Made by a program: the position numbers and the translations under genes
NCBI GenBank assembly: GCA_963666925.2
Contig: CAXXTC010000007.1
Span: 32,001 to 96,000, forward strand
Direction of reading: 5' to 3'
Length of the DNA: 64,000 nt
Source: Phycisphaerae bacterium
GTDB taxonomy: Bacteria; Planctomycetota; Phycisphaerae; UBA1845; Fen-1342
Notes under the pieces: model-generated
What the model was told of the DNA's origin: nothing
Databases searched by the model: none
What the model saw: only the letters and a program-made list of their open reading frames with translations
In this document: piece by piece, positions 42,110-51,168 of the stretch
How the letters are laid out: each line of letters begins with the position of its first letter
Numbering within the stretch: position 1 is the first letter of the stretch

Positions 42110-43057
42110 GTGGGAACACGAATCGTCGTTGGCGGTTGTTTGGCGGGGCTGCTGATCGGCGTGTTGGTATTGGATGGGTATTTGGCGACGCTGACGCCGC
42201 CCGAATGGGTGGTGCCCGGGCTGGATTTCGATCTGGTGCCATGGGTGTTCAACGGGGCGATTTCGACGGGGGTGATCCTGGTGCTGACGCTGCTGGTGAC
42301 GCGCGAACTGCTGGTCCTGACACGCCACCGCGGGCATGAGCCGCTGGGTCGCAGCGCATATCTCTTTGCGGCAGCACTGACGATCGGGCCATATGTCTCG
42401 CAAAATCTGGCACCACTTACCGGGGGCTATGACGAGTCCGGCGGATTGCTGCTGCTGGCGGTGGCGCTGGCGTTTATGTTTTTGGCGCAGGGCATGCTGC
42501 ACGGCACGCGGGACGCGATCGAACATCCGGCCATCACGCTGTTCATCATCTTCTACACCGGCGGGCTGGCGAGTTTCATGACGAAGCTGCGGATGGAGAT
42601 CGGTGGATCAACCGGGCTGATCGTGCTGCTGCTGTCTATGTTCGTTGTGAAAATGACGGATACGGGGGCGTTCTTCACGGGCTATGCGCTGGGACGGACG
42701 AAAATGGTGCCGTGGCTCAGCCCGAAGAAGACGTGGGAAGGTTTCGTGGGCGGCGTGGTCGTGGCGGTGATCCTGTCGGTCGTCGTCGGAGAAACGCTCA
42801 TCAGCGCCGGCCTGCTTGCGTTTACCCGCCCGCCAGTGCCGCCGTGGGTCGTGCTGGCGGTTATCGGGCTAGTGTTGGCGCTGTTCTCGGCAGCGGGAGA
42901 CTTGTGCGCGTCGCTGATCAAGCGGTCCGCGGACGTTAAGGATTCTGGGCAGGCGCTGCCGGGGCTGGGGGGGATTCTGGACATCATGGACTCGCCGCTG
43001 CTGGGGGCGCCGGTGGCGTGGTTCCTGTGGACGCGGGTTTTTCACGTGGCGAGTTGA
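42110..43057 (+). CDS. cdsA: Phosphatidate cytidylyltransferase
   Basis: DTGAFFTG, SPKKTWEG, GDL.AS.IKR...VKDSG..LPG.GGILDIMDS; follows uppS. Confidence 0.93.
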   Translation: MGTRIVVGGCLAGLLIGVLVLDGYLATLTPPEWVVPGLDFDLVPWVFNGAISTGVILVLTLLVTRELLVLTRHRGHEPLGRSAYLFAAALTIGPYVSQNLAPLTGGYDESGGLLLLAVALAFMFLAQGMLHGTRDAIEHPAITLFIIFYTGGLASFMTKLRMEIGGSTGLIVLLLSMFVVKMTDTGAFFTGYALGRTKMVPWLSPKKTWEGFVGGVVVAVILSVVVGETLISAGLLAFTRPPVPPWVVLAVIGLVLALFSAAGDLCASLIKRSADVKDSGQALPGLGGILDIMDSPLLGAPVAWFLWTRVFHVAS

Positions 43058-43127
43058 GTGGTGCGCCGGCGTTGGGGAATGCACTGCTCAAGAGCAGTGA
43101 TACGGTGGTGTGACAACGGGGGTGGGG

Positions 43128-43928
43128 TCAGGCTAAGAGGTAGTATGCCAGGACGGCTCCGCCGAGGATCACGCGGTAGATCGCGAAGACGCGGAAGCGG
43201 TGGCGCTTGACGAATCCCATGAACCAAGCCACGACGATCAGGGCGACGATGAACGAGACGCCGGTGCCCAGCAGGACGATGCCGAGGCTGTCGCTGTTCA
43301 GCTCGTGGCGATATTCCCAGACGGTTTTGAGGGCGGCGCCGAGCATGGTAGGGATGGCGAGGTAGAACGAGAACTCGGTGGCGACACGCGGTGTGAGGCC
43401 GAGGGTCATCCCGCCAAGGATCGTCGCGCCGGCCCGCGACACGCCCGGCCACATGCTGATGGTCTGGATCACGCCGATGAGAAACGCCTGTTTGAGCGTG
43501 ATATCCTCGATTTCCATCGGGACTTCGCGGCGACAGCGCCGGTCGATCAGTTCCATGATGACTGCGCCGACGATCAGTGCGCCAGCGACCGCCACGGGCA
43601 TGTTCTCGAGCGGGTCGAAATAGTCCTTCAGCGCCAGGGCGATGACGACGGTCGGCACCATGGCGACGAAGAGCTTGACGAGAATGTGGCCTTGCCAGGC
43701 ACGCACACGCGGGTGCAGCGTGCGGCGCCACAGGTCGCGCCAGAAATAGACGACGACGGCGGCGATGGCGCCGAACTGACTGATCCAGAGCAGCGCGTTC
43801 CAGGGGGTGATGGTGGCGTCGACACCCAGCAGCGGCATGGCGATCACCATGTGGCCGGTGCTGGAGACCGGGAGGAATTCGGTCAATCCCTCGATGATGC
43901 CGAGGATTATCGCGTTAAGCAGGTCCAC
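43128..43928 (-). CDS. uppP: Undecaprenyl-diphosphate phosphatase
   Basis: GIIEGLTEFLPVSSTGH, PGVSRAGAT, EFSFYLAIP. Confidence 0.96.
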   Translation of the reverse strand: MDLLNAIILGIIEGLTEFLPVSSTGHMVIAMPLLGVDATITPWNALLWISQFGAIAAVVVYFWRDLWRRTLHPRVRAWQGHILVKLFVAMVPTVVIALALKDYFDPLENMPVAVAGALIVGAVIMELIDRRCRREVPMEIEDITLKQAFLIGVIQTISMWPGVSRAGATILGGMTLGLTPRVATEFSFYLAIPTMLGAALKTVWEYRHELNSDSLGIVLLGTGVSFIVALIVVAWFMGFVKRHRFRVFAIYRVILGGAVLAYYLLA

Positions 43929-43943
43929 CGACGGCTCCGCGGT

Positions 43944-44495
43944 TCAGGTGTTCGAAAGTGAGATGCCCAGCCAGGCGGCGGCGGGCGTGAGTCGCCAGAC
44001 GAGCTGGCCGACGATGTTGGCGTAGAGCCCGGCGAAGAGGTCGTCGAGCAGGATGCCCCAGCCGTCGGGCAGGCGTTCGAGTTGGCGGGCGGGCGGGGGC
44101 TTGATGACGTCGAACAGGCGGAACAGGAAGAACTGTCCGCCGATGACCCACGCCAGCGTGGGCAGGGGGGCGGTGAGCACCATGGGGAGGGCCAGCAGAG
44201 CGACCCACTGGCCGGCGAATTCGTCGAGGACGAACTGTTTCGGGTCTTTGCGCTTGAAATGCTCGACGGCCCAGCGTCCCCAGATGACGGAGATGACGGA
44301 GCTGATTAGTACGCCGACGACCAGGCCGACCTCGATCCAGACGCGGTCGGCACCGCCGAACCCAATGCCCCACCAGAGCGGCATGAATAGGATGACGGCC
44401 ACGAGCGAGCCCCAGCTTCCGGAGGCGAACGGCGCGTAGCCGCTGCCGAGCACGGTGATACACAGGACGCGCAGGGTTCGGCCGGCACGGGTCAT
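43944..44495 (-). CDS. pgpA: Phosphatidylglycerophosphatase A
   Basis: APFASGSWGS, DPKQFVLDEFAG, FRLFDVIKP, GILLDDLFAG. Confidence 0.93.
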   Translation of the reverse strand: MTRAGRTLRVLCITVLGSGYAPFASGSWGSLVAVILFMPLWWGIGFGGADRVWIEVGLVVGVLISSVISVIWGRWAVEHFKRKDPKQFVLDEFAGQWVALLALPMVLTAPLPTLAWVIGGQFFLFRLFDVIKPPPARQLERLPDGWGILLDDLFAGLYANIVGQLVWRLTPAAAWLGISLSNT

Positions 44496-45139
44496 TGCTG
44501 CTCTTTCTCCTGGTCAGATTCGGGCTGGGCGCCGGCGAGGGCGGTGGCGGTGAGGAGGAAAGCGCGGGCCTGGCGGACGTAGCTGGCGCCGGAGGCGGCG
44601 GTAACGATCACGGTGAGCCAGACGCAGATCGGGCGGACGCTGTCCTCTCCGGGGAATACATTCCAGGCCAGCGTTGCGAGGATCATGCAGACGGTGAAGC
44701 TCTGGAGGAACATTTTGAGCTTGCCGAACCAGGCGGCGCCGAATTCCTGGCCGGCACCCTCGGCATGGGAGCGGACGGCCGAGACGAGGATCTCGCGGGC
44801 GAGGATCACGACGGCCATCCAGGGGGCCACGCCGCTGATGTTGTGATCGCCAGCGACGAACGGGCTACCGGCGAAGAGGACGAACGCGCCGCAGATCATG
44901 ATTTTGTCGACGACGGGGTCGACGATCCGGCCAAAGGACGTGACCGAGTTCGTCATGCGGGCGACCAGGCCGTCGAGGACGTCGCCGATGGCGGCAACGA
45001 GGAAGATCCAGAAGCTGACTTCGAGGATCCAGCGATGGGAATCGGGCTTGTCGGCGTCGTACCAGGAGAGCAGGGCGATGAAGATGATCGCCAGGAAGAG
45101 CCGGCCGAGCGTGATCTGGTTGGCGAGGTTGATTCGCAT
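44492..45139 (-). CDS. pgsA: CDP-diacylglycerol--glycerol-3-phosphate 3-phosphatidyltransferase
   Basis: NLANQITLGR, DVLDGLVAR...TSFGRIVDPVVDK, REILVS, GKLKMFLQ. Confidence 0.93.
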   Translation of the reverse strand: MRINLANQITLGRLFLAIIFIALLSWYDADKPDSHRWILEVSFWIFLVAAIGDVLDGLVARMTNSVTSFGRIVDPVVDKIMICGAFVLFAGSPFVAGDHNISGVAPWMAVVILAREILVSAVRSHAEGAGQEFGAAWFGKLKMFLQSFTVCMILATLAWNVFPGEDSVRPICVWLTVIVTAASGASYVRQARAFLLTATALAGAQPESDQEKEQQ

Positions 45140-45666
45140 TGAGGGTGTATCGTAACCAGCAGTGCGGGTGTGGTGTAGGCCGGGTGTCGGGGTGATGTGA
45201 GAAGTAGCTGGGCGTGGCGGGGTGGTTATGAGCGTTGAAACAGCCAGCCCGGCGGGAAAGGAAGGCCGCCGGGCTGGGGGCGGGTTCGTTTGGGCCTCCG
45301 CCCCTGGCAGGCAGGGGGTGTCACCGTGGAGGCCCGGCGCTCAGTCCGCACCATTTCTTATCGGTAATATCGTGATTACGGGACACCGTTTGGGGGCGAA
45401 TTGCCGATGAGATATGGCAGGCTCGGAGTCGCGGTCCTGGTTCGCTGAGGCCGCTTCTGCGCTACGCCAGGGCCCGTCGATCTGCCCCCCAGTGGGGGCG
45501 ACCAGACCCGCGCAGGATCTGCGCGACAGTCGCATCCGGGAAGGGCGTGAGCGGGTCCGTGAGGCCGGTCTCGACGAGATTGCAGCGTCCCCTCATGATG
45601 CGTACCGGCCCGCGGCCGCGCTGGGCGGCTCGCCGGTACCGTCACCATGTTGGCCGGAGGCCGTTC

Positions 45667-46152
45667 ATGTCAGGGATTTCTCTTTGCCGTTGGTTCTCGC
45701 TCGCGTCTCTCGTGATTGTGGCGGCGTGTTCTGGGTGTCAGTCGCCGGGTGGTAGACGCGGCGCCGATGTGGAGATTGTGGAGTCGCATTGGCCCGATGG
45801 TCAGGTGCGGATGCGCGTGGAGAAGGTGCGTGATTCGTCGGGGGCGCTGATCGAGCACGGGAAGTACCAGACCTGGCATCCGAACGGCACGCTGGCGTAC
45901 GAAGCTACGTACGTAGATGGCAAGCTGGACGGGGCCGAGGTTGCCTATCACGAGAATGGTCAGCGTCGCGCGGAGACGCACTATGTGCGTGGCGAGCGTC
46001 ACGGTCGTCGGCGTACGTGGGACCAGAAGGGGAACCTGCGTGGGGAGGAATACTACGTCGACGACAAGCCCGACGGCACCTGGACGATCTGGAAAGACAA
46101 CGGGAAGGTGAAGTGGCGGGGCCGGTTTGATCATGGCAAGCCGCTGCCATAG
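45667..46152 (+). CDS. MORN-variant (YwqK-like) repeat lipoprotein
   Basis: Lipobox-like CSGC; repeats HGKYQTWHPNG, YHENGQ, WDQKGN, DGTWTIWKDNG. Confidence 0.8.
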   Translation: MSGISLCRWFSLASLVIVAACSGCQSPGGRRGADVEIVESHWPDGQVRMRVEKVRDSSGALIEHGKYQTWHPNGTLAYEATYVDGKLDGAEVAYHENGQRRAETHYVRGERHGRRRTWDQKGNLRGEEYYVDDKPDGTWTIWKDNGKVKWRGRFDHGKPLP

Positions 46153-46436
46153 TCGTGGAAGCGGGGGGGTAATGCCGGGTTCATGTTGGCCGAGCGTCCG
46201 GTAACATCGTCCGACGACTTGCTACAAGTGGTATTGTTTGGTGTGGTACGACCGTCGTGCTAGGATTATCGGTGGAAGAGAAGCTGGGACAGGCCCTGCT
46301 TCGGCTGGGAGAAGGTACGCGAGTTCCAACAGTCGGCGACGCCAGGCGGACCACGGTGTTTGCCTGCGCCGAACCTGGCTGTGTGATTTACCCCAAAGCC
46401 ATTCCTGAACAGATGCTCTCTGCTAGGAGTCACTTC

Positions 46437-49400
46437 ATGAAGACGATGCGAATGTTCTTGGTTGGTGTGCTGGTGCTTGTGGTGGCGCCGGCGTCACTGG
46501 CACAGGATGCGAAGAAGCCGGTGAAGGAATCGGCCCAGGACATGAGTAAGCTTGGGGACACGCCGCCGGTGGGGCACCACGAGCAGCCGCGGGATCAATA
46601 TGTCAAGCCGGCTCACAAGGTTACCTCGCCGGGCATGATTGTCCGTAGTCGGGGTGGCTACACGAGTGTGCAGGTAAACGTCGACGAGAATGGCAACAAC
46701 ATTGTTGGGGATGCCGCGAATGAGCCGTCGATCGCCGTCGATCCGAGCAATCGCAACCGGATGGTGATTGGCTGGCGTCAGTTTGATTCGATCAGCAGTG
46801 ATTTTCGACAGGCGGGCTGGGGCTATACGAGCGATGGCGGGCGTTCGTGGACGTTTCCGGGTGTGATCGAGCCGGGCATTTTCCGTTCTGACCCGGTCCT
46901 GGACGCCGACGCGGATGGCAACTTCTACTACAACAGCCTGACGACCGACGGTGGCTCCGAGTATTGGTGCCATGTGTTCAAGTCGGCCGACGGCGGTGCG
47001 AGCTGGGACGAGGGGACGTATGCCTGGGGCGGCGACAAGCAGTGGCAGACGATTGATCAGACCGATGGCATCGGCCGAGGCAACATCTATGCCTCGTGGA
47101 ACAGCTTCTATAGCGCGTGCTCCGGGCACTTCACGCGCTCGACTGATAATGGGCAGTCTTTTGAGTCTTGCACCAGCGCACCCGGGAGTCCGTATTGGGG
47201 CACGCTAGCGGTGGGGCCGGACGGGGAGTTGTACCTCAGCGGCCAGGGGTTCACCGTGTGCAAGTCGACCACGGCCCAGAACGCTGCGCTGCCCATGTCG
47301 TGGGACTACTGCACGAGCGTTGATCTCAACGGGAGCGTTCAATTTTCGGCAGGGCCAAACCCGGCCGGTCTGCTCGGGCAGGTTTGGGTGGATGTTGATC
47401 GCAGCTCGGGGCGTAGCCGCGGCAACGTGTACATGCTCTGCTCGGTTGATCCGTCCGGGTCCGATCCGCTGGACGTGATGTTCGCGCGCAGCACCGACGG
47501 CGGCGAGACGTGGAGTTCTCCGATCCGCGTGAATGATGACTCGACCACCAACGGAGCCTGGCAGTGGTTCGGCACGATGTCGGTGGCACCCAATGGCCGG
47601 ATCGACGTCGTCTGGCTGGACACGCGCAACGACTCGGGCGGGTATGACTCGCAGTTGTACTACGCGTATTCCGAAGACGGCGGCTTGACGTTCTCGGCCA
47701 ACGAAGCGTTGAGCCCGTCGTTTGATCCGGAACTCGGGTGGCCGCAGCAGAACAAGATGGGTGACTACTTCGACATGATCTCGGACGACCTGGGCGCCGA
47801 CCTGGCCTATGCGGCTACGTTCAATGGCGAGCAGGACGTCTACTACATTCGGATCGGTGATTCGTGTCTGGACGCCGGCCGGGTCATGCTGGATCAGGAA
47901 ACCGTCGCGTGTGAGGGTGAGATCGAGATCGCGGTCAACGACTGCGGCTTGAACACCGACGATGATGTTATCGAGACGGTTGACGTGGTTGTTGCTTCGG
48001 ATACCGAGCCGGGTGGTGAGACGATTACGCTTACCGAGATCAACCCGGTGGCAGCGCACTTCGTCGGCACGGTTGCGGTCAGCCCGACCGACGGGGACGG
48101 CGTGCTGGCGGTCGCCGAGGGCGACAGCGTTACGATCACATATATCGATGCTGATGATGGTGAGGGTGGCACCGATGTTCCCGTGATTGGCGCGGTGTTG
48201 GTCGATTGCACCGGCCCGGTCATCACGAATGTGCAGGTACCGACGGTTGAGCCGCGCAGCGCCGTGGTTACGTTCGACGTTGACGAGCCGGCGCGCGGCA
48301 CGGTCCACTACGGACTGAGCTGCGACGCGCTCGACGAGACCGCAACCGGCAATCTCATGGACACGCCGACGGTGAACATCACCGGACTCCAGGACAATAC
48401 GACCTACTATTTCATGGTTGAAGCTGCGGACGAAGCCGGCAATGCCACCGGCGATCCGCAGTGCTACACGTTTAGCACGCCCGAGGTGCCGGACTTCTTT
48501 ACCGAGCTGTTCGACGACAGCGCGTTCGACCTGGACCACATGAGTCTGGAGTTTTCGCCGAATGATTCAGTCGACTTCTACAGGGGCTGTTTCCTGGGCG
48601 AGATCACCAGTCTGCCGACCGATCCGGCCGGCGGCACCGCCGTCTCGCTGGGTGATGATGCCAGCACAGAAATCTCCATCACCGGCGGCAACACCGTGTC
48701 CCTCTATGGTGTCAGCTACAGCAGTTTCTACATTTGCAGCAACGGCTACATCACCTTCGGCACCTCGGACACGACCTACTCCGAGACGCTCGAAGACCAC
48801 TTCAGCCTGCCGCGGATCGCGGGTATCTTTGATGACTTCAACCCCAGCAGCGGCGGCACGGTCAGCTATGAGCAATTGGCCGACCGCATGGTGGTTACGT
48901 GGGACGGCATCCCCGAGTACAGCGAAAGCAACAGCAACACCTTCCAGGTGGAGATGTACTTCGACGGTACGATTGTGTTGAGCTACCTGGACGTCGCGGT
49001 TGTGGACGGCCTGGTCGGTCTGTCTGAAGGCGAAGGCCTGGATCCGGACTACTTCGAGTCGGATCTGTCGAGCACGCTGGGCTGTGATCCGCGGCCGCCG
49101 TACGCGGCGGGCGGTGAAGTCCTCACCGACGTCAACGAGCCGGTCGACATCGAGCTGCTGGCCAGCGACGACGGTCTGCCCGATCCGCCAGCGGCGCTGA
49201 CTTACACGATCGTGTCGTTGCCGGAGCACGGCGACCTGAGCGATCCGGACGGCGGCGTGATTGACGCGGTGCCGTACACGCTGATTGCCGGGAACATGGT
49301 GAATTACGCCCCGGATTACGCTTACACCGGCCCGGATGCGTTTACGTTCATGGCCAACGACGGCGGCACCCCGCCGGACGGCGGCGACTCGAACGTGGCG

Positions 49401-50132
49401 ACGATCAGCATCACGGTTGGTGGCCCGCAGCCGGTACACGTCTTCATGCTGGACGAGGATCCGGACTGGAGCGTCGAAGGCGAGTGGGCCTTTGGTGTTC
49501 CGACCGGCGGCGGCTCACACAACTACGATCCGACCAGTGGTTACACCGGCGACAATGTCTACGGTTACAACCTGGCCGGTGACTATGAGAATGAGATTCC
49601 GGAATACGCGTTGACGACGACTGCCATTGACTGTAGCGACATGACCGGCGTCGAGTTGCGTTTCTGGCGTTGGTTGGGTGTCGAGTCGGCGACGTGGGAT
49701 CACGCCAACGTGCAGGTGTCCAATGACGGGACGACCTGGACGATGGTGTGGGAGCACACGGACAGCTCGATCAGTGACACGTCGTGGTCGCAGCAGGTGT
49801 TCGACATCTCAGGTGTTGCGGACAACGCAGCGACCGTATACGTGCGCTGGGTCATGGGCGAGACGGACGCGTCGGTGACGTATCCGGGCTGGAACATTGA
49901 TGACATTGAGCTGTGGGGTGTGGTTCCGTTCGAGGTCGCTACGGGCGACCTGAACTGCGACGGCTACGTCAACTTCGATGACATCAATCCGTTCGTGACG
50001 GCGATGGTTGGCCAGGCGGAGTACGAGGCGGAGTATCCGGACTGCAACTGGCTGAACGGTGATACTGATAACAACGGTACGGTGAACTTCGACGACATCG
50101 ACGGCTTCGTCGAGTTGCTGGCCGGCAAGTAG
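46437..50132 (+). CDS. Large secreted multidomain protein: BNR/sialidase-like propeller, FN3, nidogen-like, Ig-like, beta-sandwich, dockerin-like tail
   Basis: AGGAG RBS, signal peptide; Asp-boxes SDGGRSW, SADGGASW, STDGGETW, SEDGGLTF; GLQDNTTYYF; CSNGYITFG; GDLNCDGYVNFDDINPFV. Confidence 0.88.
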   Translation: MKTMRMFLVGVLVLVVAPASLAQDAKKPVKESAQDMSKLGDTPPVGHHEQPRDQYVKPAHKVTSPGMIVRSRGGYTSVQVNVDENGNNIVGDAANEPSIAVDPSNRNRMVIGWRQFDSISSDFRQAGWGYTSDGGRSWTFPGVIEPGIFRSDPVLDADADGNFYYNSLTTDGGSEYWCHVFKSADGGASWDEGTYAWGGDKQWQTIDQTDGIGRGNIYASWNSFYSACSGHFTRSTDNGQSFESCTSAPGSPYWGTLAVGPDGELYLSGQGFTVCKSTTAQNAALPMSWDYCTSVDLNGSVQFSAGPNPAGLLGQVWVDVDRSSGRSRGNVYMLCSVDPSGSDPLDVMFARSTDGGETWSSPIRVNDDSTTNGAWQWFGTMSVAPNGRIDVVWLDTRNDSGGYDSQLYYAYSEDGGLTFSANEALSPSFDPELGWPQQNKMGDYFDMISDDLGADLAYAATFNGEQDVYYIRIGDSCLDAGRVMLDQETVACEGEIEIAVNDCGLNTDDDVIETVDVVVASDTEPGGETITLTEINPVAAHFVGTVAVSPTDGDGVLAVAEGDSVTITYIDADDGEGGTDVPVIGAVLVDCTGPVITNVQVPTVEPRSAVVTFDVDEPARGTVHYGLSCDALDETATGNLMDTPTVNITGLQDNTTYYFMVEAADEAGNATGDPQCYTFSTPEVPDFFTELFDDSAFDLDHMSLEFSPNDSVDFYRGCFLGEITSLPTDPAGGTAVSLGDDASTEISITGGNTVSLYGVSYSSFYICSNGYITFGTSDTTYSETLEDHFSLPRIAGIFDDFNPSSGGTVSYEQLADRMVVTWDGIPEYSESNSNTFQVEMYFDGTIVLSYLDVAVVDGLVGLSEGEGLDPDYFESDLSSTLGCDPRPPYAAGGEVLTDVNEPVDIELLASDDGLPDPPAALTYTIVSLPEHGDLSDPDGGVIDAVPYTLIAGNMVNYAPDYAYTGPDAFTFMANDGGTPPDGGDSNVATISITVGGPQPVHVFMLDEDPDWSVEGEWAFGVPTGGGSHNYDPTSGYTGDNVYGYNLAGDYENEIPEYALTTTAIDCSDMTGVELRFWRWLGVESATWDHANVQVSNDGTTWTMVWEHTDSSISDTSWSQQVFDISGVADNAATVYVRWVMGETDASVTYPGWNIDDIELWGVVPFEVATGDLNCDGYVNFDDINPFVTAMVGQAEYEAEYPDCNWLNGDTDNNGTVNFDDIDGFVELLAGK

Positions 50133-50185
50133 TCATTGACGTTCGCACGCTGACGGGCTATGGCCCGTGAGCGTGAAGACCAAAC

Positions 50186-50228
50186 GAGCCCGCGCTTCGG
50201 GATGAACTGACCCGGGGCGCGGGCTTTC
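50186..50228. terminator. Probable intrinsic terminator between convergent genes
   Basis: GAGCCCGCGCTTCGGG...CCCGGGGCGCGGGCTTT hairpin. Confidence 0.6.
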
Positions 50229-50238
50229 GTGTTGGGGG

Positions 50239-51168
50239 CTACTGCACTATGCCGCGGGTAAGGTGCATGAACGCGGTTTCGAGGTTGACCTCTTCCTGCT
50301 TGATTTCCTGGATGCGCAGATTGTTCTGGAGCATGGCGCTGGCGATGAAGCTGAAGTCGTTGGTGTCGCTCGTCAGGGTGACGACCAGCCGACCATCGCG
50401 GGGCTGAACGGTGTCGACGGCCGGCAGGCCGGCGAGCACCTCGGCGGCACGGGCGGAGTCGTCGGGGGTCGTGACATGCACGACGGTGCCGATGCGGGCC
50501 CGGCGGACGGCCTCCTGGACGGAGCCCTGGAAGAGCATCTCGCCCTGTTCGAGGATGCCGATGCTGGTGCAGAGGTCGGCCAGCTCGGGCAGGATGTGTG
50601 AGCTGATTAGGATGGTTTTGCCCATGCGGTGCAGCTCTTTGAGCAGTTCGCGGATCTCGATGCGGGCGCGCGGGTCGAGTCCGCTGGCAGGCTCGTCGAG
50701 CATGAGGACCTTGGGGTCGTGGAGCAGGACGCGGGCGATGCTGAGGCGTTGTTTCATGCCGCGGGAGAGACCATCGACGAGGGCGTCCTGTTTGAAGGTG
50801 AGGTCGGTGAGTTCAAGGACGTCGCCGACGATACGGTCGCGTTTCTTGCCGGTGATGTCGTAGGCACTGGCGAAGAACTCGAGGTATTCCTGTACGACCA
50901 TGTCCTCGTAGGCGCCGAAGAAGTCGGGGACGTAACCGATGAGCGGGCGGATCTTGCGAGATTCGTAGCCGACGACGTGCCCGCAGACGCGGGCTTCGCC
51001 CCAGGTTGGTTGGAGTAGGGTGGAGAGGATGCGGATGGTGGTGGTTTTGCCGGCACCGTTGGGGCCGATATAGCCGAAGCACTCGCCCTCCTCGATATTG
51101 AGGTGGAGGTTGTTTAGTGCGACGAGCTTGCCGTAGCGTTTGGTGAGGTTGATGGTCTGGATAATCAC
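50239..51168 (-). CDS. ABC-2 type transporter ATP-binding protein
   Basis: GPNGAGKTT, LSRGMKQR, LDEPASGLDP, ISSH. Confidence 0.95.
   Translation of the reverse strand: MIIQTINLTKRYGKLVALNNLHLNIEEGECFGYIGPNGAGKTTTIRILSTLLQPTWGEARVCGHVVGYESRKIRPLIGYVPDFFGAYEDMVVQEYLEFFASAYDITGKKRDRIVGDVLELTDLTFKQDALVDGLSRGMKQRLSIARVLLHDPKVLMLDEPASGLDPRARIEIRELLKELHRMGKTILISSHILPELADLCTSIGILEQGEMLFQGSVQEAVRRARIGTVVHVTTPDDSARAAEVLAGLPAVDTVQPRDGRLVVTLTSDTNDFSFIASAMLQNNLRIQEIKQEEVNLETAFMHLTRGIVQ

Noticed and set aside
45279..45354. tRNA (76 nt ending in CCA)
   Set aside because: No cloverleaf and no correctly placed T-loop GTTCRA or D-loop; it folds as a long hairpin.
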